This document shows positions 46,601 through 58,600 of a stretch of DNA of 64,000 nucleotides, piece after piece (the stretch's first letter is position 1; the number at the start of each line of letters is the position of its first letter). Source of the stretch: an uncultured virus (IMG/VR IMGVR_UViG_3300020183_000058) (Duplodnaviria; Heunggongvirae; Uroviricota; Caudoviricetes; Kyanoviridae). The position numbers and the translations under genes were made by a program. The stretch lies in the IMG/VR virus record IMGVR_UViG_3300020183_000058; one strand, written 5' to 3'. The notes beneath the pieces are model-generated. The model ran no database searches. It saw only the letters and a list, made by a program, of their open reading frames with translations, and was not told the DNA's origin.

Positions 46601-49600
46601 GTAAATAGATCATAAACAACACCAGTTGGAACATATGTCCATTTGAAATATGCCTCGATTCCCTCAACAACTTCTTCTGCAATATACTGTCTATTAAAAT
46701 ACAGTAAATCTGCAGCATCTCTGAATCTATCTCCAGTTGGTGCTAATATGTCTGCAATAACATCACATAGATAAGTTACTTCATTAGTAACATTTGCACT
46801 ATATGTAGACACCACTGGAATAATAATAATATCCGAATATAGTGTAGTTATAGTATTTGTCAGAATACCATTGATTATTTCTCCAATTTTCTGGTATGCA
46901 TAAACCGATTGTAGTAATTCATTTCCAATAAACTTCACCCCACCTGATTTTTCAAGATATGCTTTGGCAGTATAAACAGTTTGATAATTACCACCAAGAT
47001 TTAAATCGTTAACGATACCATCTACAATTAATCCTGCATCTCTAGCACAAGTATCTGTACCTTCGTATCCACCTGCTTCATCCCCTGGCATAACCAGTAG
47101 TGGATATTTTGCTTTTAAATATCCCATCATTTCATCAACAATAAACTGTTTGTTCTTCCTTACATAATCAGCTGCTTGTCTGTATTCTTCTCTAGCAGAA
47201 TCAATGACCTCAACAACTAATTTTTTAGACAGAGGATCTATCTGACCAATAACAGAAACAGAAGTTCTTAACGCATCATATGTTGCCTCAACATAACTTT
47301 CTGGATAAATATCAGTTACTCCACTTGGACCATCAAAGTGGAATAATAGAATATCTCCAGAATCACCTTCATGTGCTTCTACTTGTGGAGTGAAGTTTGC
47401 AGTATATCTATTAATTGCTGATATTCTCAACTCATCGATTAAACCACGGAAACCAGTACCATCTTGATATGTAGAACCTATTCTTAATGTTTGACCAACA
47501 TAATTTAAGTCGTCTGCAAATGTTTGAGTTTGAAGAACTCCATTAATATACATCTTAGTAGTTAAATTACCTTTAACCACAGCAATATGAGTCCAAGTAT
47601 TTACTGGGATTGTTTCATTAGAAATAATCCTATTAGCACCGTTTGTATAATATACAACTTGATTTAATGTATTGATATACAATGTAGGAACAACCTGAGC
47701 CCCTGGGTTTGATGATCTCATATCAAGTAGATATTGTGAAGTGGCATTTACTGTTTTGTAAATCCACATTTCCATTGTCCAATTATTAGTACCCAATCCA
47801 AGTTTTTCTGGATTATCAATTTTAATATTATTTGTACCAGTGTTGCTTACTCCAAAGGCAGCTGAGGAAATACCAAACTTATTGCTATAAGTTGGTAATA
47901 TCTTATTAGGTACAATTTTTGTAGCAATAATAGTATCTAATGTTAACCATAAAGTATCAATTGCAGATGCAATATCAGCACACTGTGGAGTTGATGTATC
48001 TACAGTAATTGTCGTATCCTTATTTGGTGCTATAGTTGTATATTTTGCAAAATTCAATGTAAAGATTGCAGAACCTGTTCCAGCAGTAGATGGATTTTGG
48101 TTTAATAATAATGTAGTATCTGATAATATTGAAACAACACGGGTGTCGGATGAGAATCCAGTTCCAGTAACATCCATACCTTCAACAATACCAACAGTTG
48201 AAGTTACTGTTAATGTAGTTGATGCAGCTCTAACTGTATTTGGCATGGTAACAGTAAAGTTACGCATTGCTGCAATCATTAGATCTCTACCATACTTATA
48301 TGCTGCTCGTGATTGTTCTTCTTCTCCAAGAATAAATTGAATGTTTCCATTGCCATCTACATAGTAATCACCTGCAGTTATAACTGAAGAATTACCACCA
48401 TACAATAAATCGAATACAAATGCTTCTACAATCTTTCCAATATCTCTCTTACACTTAGTTTCTCCTGGTGAAAAATCACCTGGATTTTCTGCAGGAATTC
48501 CTGCAATACTTCCACTAGTAATAGCAGTAGTTAACATGGTGAATAATGTAGAAATTGTATTCTTAACATTCACGCATGAACTTTCATTTGTGTTTGATGA
48601 CGTACCTGACCCTGGAGTGGGGTCAGCCGTAATTGTTAAATCTTTGTATGGTAATGCGTTTGTAATTGCAGAATAGCACAGATCTCTTGCTGCATTAAAA
48701 GCAGCTACAGCTTGTGCCTCTTCACCAACTAAACCATTATTAATTGGTGCACCATTGGTAAAATAGTATAATGTCGATTGTCTGGTCCACTTGTTACCAC
48801 CATCATATAAATCTTGAGCAATTGATAATACAATCAATCTTATGTCTCTCTTACACTTATCTGGACCACCAGGAACTGAAAATGTAGGATATTGTGATAT
48901 AAGTTGATTGTATGCATTGATAACAATGTAATCAAGATTTCCACGTATTAAGTTTGCCGCATCTTTGTAACGATATGAATTTGATGGGGATTTTGGATAA
49001 TAAAAATCTGGATATTTTCTAGCAATATAACCAATAATTTCTTCTTTGATTAACTCAGTGTTTGCACTAATTCTATTGGCTGCATCAACAAACCTAAAAT
49101 TAGGTGTAGGTGTGAGTCTTACTTTTGGTGTTCCTGTATTAGTGATCTTCCAGTTTGCTAGTCTCTCATTAGCAGTGAATACTCCAGTTGGTGGTTTTAC
49201 ATACAAATAAGCATTTGCTGTGTTTACGCCAATAATTTCTGCTTGAGTTCCACTAGTTAATCCTGTCAGAGTAAATTCTGGGAAGAAGGTGCCTGCTGTT
49301 TTATTCTTGTAAACAATCTTTCTAGATCTAATTGTTTCACCAGTAGTAAATGCACCATCTGTAATAGTAATTGAATTCAGAGAATTTAAGTTACCATCAT
49401 TTAATGCTGTTGTTAAAATTGCAACTAGAGTATCAATATTAGATCTGATGTTTGCACATGAACCTGGATTTGTGTTTCCTGGTGTTCCTGATGTTGGAGA
49501 TGGATCGAATATAATACTCAGATCTTGCTGAGCACCAGGAATTGTTAATCCATTTACTACAGCCAGTTTCATGTAGTCACGAGCTTTATTGAACCCAAAT

Positions 49601-52600
49601 ACTGACTGTATTACTTCTCCGTCTAATCCATAAGATAGCAATTGAGTGTCACTACTAAAGTATTTTTTAGTGTTGGTAACAATGTTAGCATTACCAGCAG
49701 ATGCTAAATCATTACATACCGCATCAATTATATATCCAAGATCTCTTTCGCATTTTGCAGTACTATTATTTGGGAAATCAAAATCTGGATATTCTGCTTC
49801 AATATCATCAATTACCTGATTGATGATTGCAGTTCTATTTAATTGAATTAGTTTCTTGGCATCGAGTCCTCTATGGAAATCTGGTACATTAGCATTAGCA
49901 TATGAAATTTCTACATTTCTAATGTAATCACCTTCAGACCAAGTTCCAGATGAGTTGTCGTATACTAAATTAATATTTTGGGCAAACTCTGATAGGGGGA
50001 AGTTTTGGTTGACAAATTGAGTATAATTATCAACTTTTGCTGCACCAATAATTGTTTTACTAACATCATCAGTAATAGTATTGGGATTTTGTGGTAGAGG
50101 CAGTCTCTCAAAAATCAGACCAAAGAATGAAGATCCAGTGTTAATCGTGAGACTTGAGACAACTTGATTTGTTTGAGGATCTCTATATGGACCAATCTTT
50201 GTAACTTTTGCAACGATTCCAGTTTGTGCACTGATGAAGAAATCATTTAGTTTAATTTCAAATAAACCTGTTTCATACTTAGATGTACCAAAAGTTTTAC
50301 TAATAATGAGTCTATTAGTTTGTGAACCAATATTCCATACACCAGGATTTGAGAAAGGCAATGATGCAATTGATCCACTAGATAATGCATTAGTTAAAAT
50401 TCCAACAATAGTAGCAATTGCAGATCTAACATCAGCACAATTGTTTGGATTTAGGTTAGTATTAGTATTTGGATTTGCTCCTCCATTAGTAGCGGATACT
50501 TTATCTGCATAAATATCAACATCTTTAAATGGAAGTTGATTATTAACTGCTTGCTGCATATAATATACTGCTCTGTTGAAAGCATATATTGCTTGCTCTT
50601 CTTCACCAAGAAGACCATTTACGAGTGGAGCACCATTGTTAAAGTATTTTTTAGTTGTCTCAATTATATTTGAATTACCAGCACCCTTCAAATCTAAACG
50701 AGTAGCATCGACGACATAACCAATATCTCTCCTACACTTATCTGGACCACCAGCTCCCCCAGGAACTGAAAATACAGGATATTGTGTTTGTAGATCATTA
50801 AATGCTTGCTCAATGATATATGTTCTATTACCTTCAATTAAATTAGCTGCATCTTGGAAACGGTTTCCACTTTGTGCTGTTAAATTATTCCAAGCACTAA
50901 TTTGTGTTGGGAATTCTGGGAAATATGTTGCTAAGTTAATTTCTTCAACAATTGCAATTTTTTTGTTGAGATTTGTAATCTGCTCACCAAACTCAAAAAT
51001 TGTATCCTGAATAACAGTAGAAACAGAGACTAAGGTAGCATTTAACCCTGTAGCAGATGCCACAATAGTTTCATTGACCTGGAAAGATCCAACAACATTA
51101 ATTACATCTAGATAAGACGTTGTACTAGAAACAACAACCGCAGTTGCGTTTGTAGTAATACCTCTAATCTGTTGATTGATTTCTGGTAAAATACCTGAGA
51201 TGTTAGAAATTGCAATTCTTTTTACTTGTACAGGTTCAAACTCAATTTCTCTATAAACTACAGAAGCAGGTGGCTTTGGTGGTTCAGTAAATTGGATATT
51301 ACCATTTGCAATCGTATATGATTGTACAGGAGCTTGTACAATACCATTGATAAGAATCATTGACTGACCAGTTGAAGCAATTGCTTGGTCTCCATTGATC
51401 TTAAGTGGGAAAGCTGTTTTTTCTCCATCAAACAGTGAGGATATATCATCAATTTTTTTGACGACTGATGTCAGAATTTCTTCTGATGATGTAAGTCTCT
51501 TATTTCTAAAGATAACATCACTATTATTAAATTCTGAATAAATTGGTTGAGCAGCAGCAAAGTTAATAATCTCTGCAAAATTTGTAAATTCTGAAATGTC
51601 TACTCTCTTAGTAAAATCAGTAGCAACTTTTCTACCAGAAAGATCCTTACCACCTGTTAGATTCAATTGACCAAAGATATTAAATCCAGCAGGGTGGTTA
51701 ATTTTTCTTACAGTATCTCTCCAAGTGTTGATTGGAATTTCACTATTAACCACATATGCAAAGTCTTGATAAAAATAGGAGTCTTGAATTTTTTGTACAA
51801 TCTCTGATGGTTTACCAACGTTATCAATAAATTTACCAGTAGTTTGTGTTAATGAACCAATATTCAATGTTCCTACTGCAGTATTGATGTTATCAATGGT
51901 TCCACTTGCTTTAGAAATAATACCAGTGACTTTTTCACCGACTTTCCAATCCCCAGTATAATCAACTACTTTTAATAGTCTTGGACCAATCTGCCAACCA
52001 TTGTTAGTTGAAACATAACCAACTGCAGAAGGGTCATCTAAATTATTACCTTGGAATACCTTTTCACCTTGTAAGAATCTAGAAGTTTCTACAATTGCTT
52101 CTGCCTTACCACCAAATACCTCAGTAAGTAAAATCTGCTTACCTGAACCATTGTTCAGGAAAGTAATAAATTGACCATTCAGTGCATCTTGAGCTGTGAG
52201 AGCAATTCTTAACTGGTTATCTTCAAGACCATTTATACTACCTGCAATAGCAAAATAAATTTGACCTTCAACTAACGATGTTAAACCTGCCGAAGATGGT
52301 TGTGGTAATTGTCCTATTGTAGATCCAATGTCATCTGCTCTTAAAGAAACTTCAGCTCCAGTACCGATTCCATGAGGGAAATTAAACTGGAAATACCCAA
52401 GGTCAACGTTTACCACATATACAAATTCTGATTTCAATACTACTTTTGGTTCAGATGAATATCCAGATCCAGGATCTTTAACAAAAATTTCCTGAAGACG
52501 ATTGTTTTTAACTGTTGCAACAGCAATTGCACCAGTTCCACCACCACCTTCTATAATTACTGCAGGAGCAGTTGTATACCCAGAACCAGGATTGGTTACT

Positions 52601-55600
52601 TTAATTTCTGTCAATACTGATGTATTAAACAGTTGTAAAATTGTTGGGAAAGTAATTTCTGGTTGTAGTGTATAATCATGAGGGTAGTCAAAACCAAAGT
52701 TATTGTTCTTTAACCTTTTAATTTTACCAACTTGAGTTCCCTGCAGGAACACAGAAGCACCATTACCTTGAGGAGGAATAACTACGTCCAGAATACCTCC
52801 AGAACCTGCCAAACTTGGTCCAAGAATACCAGGGACAGCATCTATTTGAATAAATCCTGTAGTATATCCCTTACCAGGATCAATTAGATCTACATCAGTG
52901 ATAGTTCCAGATACAGGATCACCACCCAATTCTACTGTAATATTAACTTTTCCACCTTCACCATCTCCAGAGATTGGAACATCTTTATATACACCAAGAG
53001 CGTATTCAGTTCCACCATTAGTAATATCAATCCTATCAATCTGTCTATCAGAAGCTATATTAGTAACGATTGGCAGTTTCTTATAGAATCCACCTTTGTT
53101 TACTAATTTAATAGAATTGATTGGACCTGCTGCTTTGATAGAAGTTGTTGAATACGAAGTCGAATCTAAGATTACTGGTCCTTCTGGTTCTCTTTCTAAT
53201 TGGAATTTAAACGTTTTTGAAGTTGGAGTTGCAGTGATTCTAAATTTACCCTTATATGGAGTCTCAACAACGTCAATATACGAATTAACACCCACTGGAC
53301 TATCTGCACCAGTTCTTGCAGGATCAAAGTAATATGAGATATTTGTTACATCACCAATAGTTTTAAATCTAACATAAGGAATTACACCTGGTGGATCAAG
53401 TCCTGGATTTCCACTTCTTGTAATGTTGTTAAATGAATATTCCAACTTGTATTGATTATCTTTTGAAAATGATAGGTAATATCCTGCATTAGATGAATCT
53501 CCAACATCAAAGATATATTGATGTCCTTTAACAAATACTAAAGATGGATGCTTTGCGTAAATATTAACAGCAGTTATAGAAGTGCTGGTAATAGGATCTA
53601 ATTGAGTTACAGATCTTAATGCAAAAGTAAATTCTCTAGTATTGATAACTCTATTGACAAAGAAACTACCATTAAACACATTATATAAGAATCCTTCAAC
53701 AAAGATAATATCTTTTGCAAGATAATTGTGTGCTCTTGATGCAACAACGTAAAGATCTCCAGTATTCGTATTTGATACGGACTTAACAATTTTTCTAAGA
53801 TTTGACTTTAAGGTTATTTTTGTAACTGCAGTGAGACCTGTTAATGTAGCTACAGTATGTGCAGCATTAAATGAAATGTTAACTCCATTAAATCCAATAG
53901 GTACAATATCTCCAGGTAGGAAATTAGATCCCGCAATAACGTCAACAATTTTTAGGACATAATCATCGGCACTATATGCCTTAAATTCTTTTGTGCCAGC
54001 AACTAGATCACTCGTATAATTAGATAGAGGAATTGTAAAAGTGCCAATATTTGTTGTAAATGGAACTTCCAAAAATGTATATTCAAATTCATTAATAGTA
54101 TCGACAGAATCTTTAATTCTAGATGTAGTATTTAAAGTTCCAAAAATTTTACCAATGGTAACATAATCATCACCAGCTTCGATAATCTTACCATAAGCAC
54201 TAACAACGTTTTGTGCATTTTGTCCAGTTCCTTGAACAGTGTACCATTCAAGTTGTGATCCAACTTTAAATCTGCTTGGTTGATTAAATGTAATTTTTTT
54301 AACAATATCAACCTTTGTTACTGAGGAATCTTTAAGATAATACTTATCAATTACATTAGCAGATATCTTAAGTGTTTTTCCAGCAGGTGTTGGAATGGTT
54401 GCAGTCCTAGATGCCCAAGTTTCTGTTCCTGAAGTAAATGTGTAATTTCCAGGCAAGTGAAGGCTAACGGCATCAGAGAAATCCAATAACTGATAACCAG
54501 CACTACCAGGTGAAAACGGACCTACAGTTGCTACTAAGTCTTCATCAATTGAATATGTAACATTTGTTATTAGTACACTGCTAATAGTGTTTAACGAAGT
54601 AACAGCATATGATCCAAGTTTAGTATGGTTGTTGTCAAATTTAATTAAAGAAGAAATATCATATGTTTTTCCAACATTAAAGTGTAGTAATAATGAAGTA
54701 CGAGCATCTTTATCAAATGATGCTGTTGGAACTGTAAAAGTAGTTGTATATCTTGCAAGACCCTTAGTGACTCTAACTTCATCAATAAAACCATTTAGAT
54801 CATATGGACTGTTTCCTACAATATCTCCACCAAGTTTAATACCTCGTGCAGGATAGTTAACTGTATCAACAGCACTAGTTGGTTGAAGAACACCATTAAC
54901 AAATAGTCTAGTTGTTCCACCTGATCTAGAAACTGCAATGTGATACCATGTGTTTGTTACAACTGTTGTGACAGAGAGTAAATTTATACCACTACCTGTT
55001 ATGTACCTAACAACACCAGCTGCGGTAACGTCAATATATGGAGCCACGTCAGAACCAGATGTTCTTTGATCCCATAAAACTCTAGTGTTGGATAGATTAT
55101 TTAAACGAGCCCAAAACTCAATTGTGAAATCACCTGTTTCAAATCCATATCCTGCATTTGATTCTATGGTTACATAATCACCATTTCCATCAAAGGATAC
55201 GGAACTTCCTCCAAATTGATATTGTGCTGTTGAAATAGCAGCATTTCCAACAAATGTTGGTGTTACAATATCAGATGTAGTTACACCAAACACCACCACA
55301 TCTGCAGAACTATCTGAACAAATACTATATCCTTTCCAAGCACCATTTACATTAATTCTAGAATCATTTAAAATAGTACCATTGTGCTTAAATTTAACTA
55401 GATCCACAAAGGAACCAGTTGAAGTTTCTACACTTATACCTAGAGTAACATTATTAAATACATCGACTGTATGACCAACTCCTTTTAATCTAGTGAACGT
55501 AGTTGCTGCTGGAGATATCCTCTTTGCCCATACTGGTTTGTCGTATTGTTCTAGATCAATTCTAAACAGAGTAACTTTCTCTGGTTCAGATGTAGCTACA

Positions 55601-58600
55601 TTAATTTCTGTAGCATATAGGTACATGCCTTCATAATCATCAATCTTAATTTTTGGATTAGTAAATTTGTAGTTTGTTGGGTTTTGTATTCTTCTTCCCC
55701 AATCATGAATTAAATCAATATTATCATATGATAGTCTTCCATAGATAATATCTTCTCCACCTATAATTCCAGTCCAATAAACGTAACCGTCATGGGCATA
55801 GATATCAGTGAGTACTTCTTCTTCTGAATCTGTAGTTAATTTTCTTTTCTCTACAATATCACTCAGTTCTGACATTAATACAAACCACATATCATTGCCA
55901 GATTCACTATTTGTATCTGTATAACCACCAATAATTAGAGCATCTAATTCATCAGACCAATCAATTGCAGTAGCATAATCTCTTCTAGTATTTCCAGAAA
56001 TACCTGCAAGTTCTTTTTGCCATTGGATGATACCATCAGGTTGATTATTACTATTAAAACCAGAAATATACTTAGCAACTAAGACATCAGGATTATATGT
56101 TAAGTTTACAGTATTTTGAATTGTATTTCCAACAACATAAATTGTGTGTGGGTTTGTATCTACAACAACTAATCTATTCCACACTGCAAATTTTACTCCA
56201 GCCGTTGGCGCAGATGGTGTTAGGGTTCTTTTCCATACTAATCTACCATCATTATTAAACTTTGCTAGTACTGCAATACTATCTCCATTATCCCTAATAA
56301 ATCTACCACAAGAATAGATACTTCTATCTTCAGCAATCTTAGAGTCTTGCCACTCAATATAACCACCAGCACCATCAAATTCTGTAGCAAAATAATTTGC
56401 TTTTTTGAAAATTTGAGGATGAGTTACTCGAATTTGTGGAGGATTATCTACATCATATGAATTACCAGAATTTATAATGTTAACTTTTGAAATTCTTCCT
56501 TGTGATTCTAAACTGATATCCAATAATGCATCTTGACCATCACTTGTAATTAATTCATATTCTGCTGGAATATCATTATTATAACCAATACCTTCTTGGA
56601 TTACTGCTACTTGCTCCAATCCAGAAACAGTTTTAACTTTAAATGATTTGAAGTTAGTGTCTAATGCAGCCTCGGTATCAACAATTACAATGTCACCAAT
56701 TGCTAATCCATGGTCATCTTCTGTGGTAATTGTTGCGATAGTATTGACATCATCAAAAGTAGTTGTATAATTTAGAATTTTTGGTCCCTTCACAGACTCT
56801 ACTTTTGCAGATGCACCAAATCCATCAGTTCCTTCATTATCAAATGTAACTTTATCGTTGACTTTATAACTGACACCTGGATTTTCAATGACAAATCCAT
56901 CAATTTGTGCAGATTCAAATTTAGTAATAGTATCTACTTCAATATCAACTTTTGATTCAATATCAACAGATGGGAAATAATCAAATAGTTCTAATGACTG
57001 CTCTTCTGTCAATTCGAGAATTTCATCTTCTTCATCGGGTACAATTAATCCATCATTGTTAGAATCTTGAATTTCAAAGATAATAGTTTCACCATTCTCA
57101 GTAGTAATCGTATCTGTTCTTTGATTTGGTTGTCTATCTGTATCAATATCTACGTCTTCATATGGGTCTCTAAATCTTACAACATCTCTAGGAATATTAA
57201 ATTGTACAGCAGTTTGTGATAAGTTCCACTTATCTACTGCTGAATAATATTGAGGTCCTAGAATATATGGGAATACAGGGTTTCCTTCTGCAGATGCATC
57301 AATAGTTACAAAGTATGCATATGTTCCGTTTGGAAACTCAGGAGTTTTACAGAATCTTCCATTATATTCATCCAAATCTCCTGATCCAAAACCATATTCA
57401 TAATCTTGTATAAATGAACCAGCTGGATGGAATGATAAAGGTGGACCATCAATTCTTTTTGGAATAGGATTAGTATCTACGTTGTATATAATATTTGCTT
57501 TTAATTTATATGAAGTTACTAACCTACGTACTCCTTTAGATGAATCTGTGGGATCTGTGAAACCATATGGTCCGTAAATAGGATTTCCATCAAATGCCCA
57601 TCCAAGAATTGGTGAATGTGAGAATGTTCCTTCTTTTTCTTTAATAACTTGCTGAGAATTTTTGAATACATTATCTCCAAGGACATATCTCAATGTTTGT
57701 GGATTTGATATGTGTGCATATTCACCACCATACTGAGTATTATAACCAGCAAATACATATCCACGAGCAGAATCCAATTTAGTTTTTAGTTGATATTCTA
57801 AATCATATACCCATTGGAATACATTTGTTTTAAAAACCGCACCTTGTCCAATAGATTCCAAACGAATACTAGTTCTACCTTGAGTATAACCTACACCTCT
57901 ATTGATAATCACAACACCAATTACTTTTCCTTTATCTTCACCTATTGTTCCAATAATTGCTTTTGCCTTTGCACCAAATCCATCACCATTAATATAAACA
58001 TTAGGAGCAGTAGTATATCCTTCACCAGAATTAATTACAGCAATTGAAACTACTCTACCATTAATAATGATTGGTTGTGCTTCTGCTTTTACACCAGAAC
58101 TTAAAACAATAGCTGGAACGCTTGTGTAATCTTTACCAGTTTTCGTAACAGTTACTTTTTTAATAGGTCCTCTAACTTGTGCAGTTGCAGTAGCACCATT
58201 GCCGCCACCACCAGAAATGCTGATAAGTGGTTCTGATGTATATCCTTCTCCTGGAGTTTCTACTAAAATTTGAGTAACCACACCATTGGTTACAATTGCC
58301 TTTGCAGTTGCACCAGCTCCTCCTCCACCAACGATAGACACCAATGGTTCTGTTTTATATGCTTCTCCACCTGATGTTACATCAAATGCTGAGATAGCTC
58401 CATTAACTACTACTTCAGCAGAAGCTCCTGTTCCACCACCACCTACGAATGTCAGGGCAGGAGGTGAAGAAGCATCATATCCCTCTCCAGGAACAATAAT
58501 ATCAACATTAGTAATTCCACCATAAACTACAGATTCTTGTGATTTATATGACCATGCTGTTACACCATTAACCCAAGTTGCAATTGCACCTGGTTGGATA

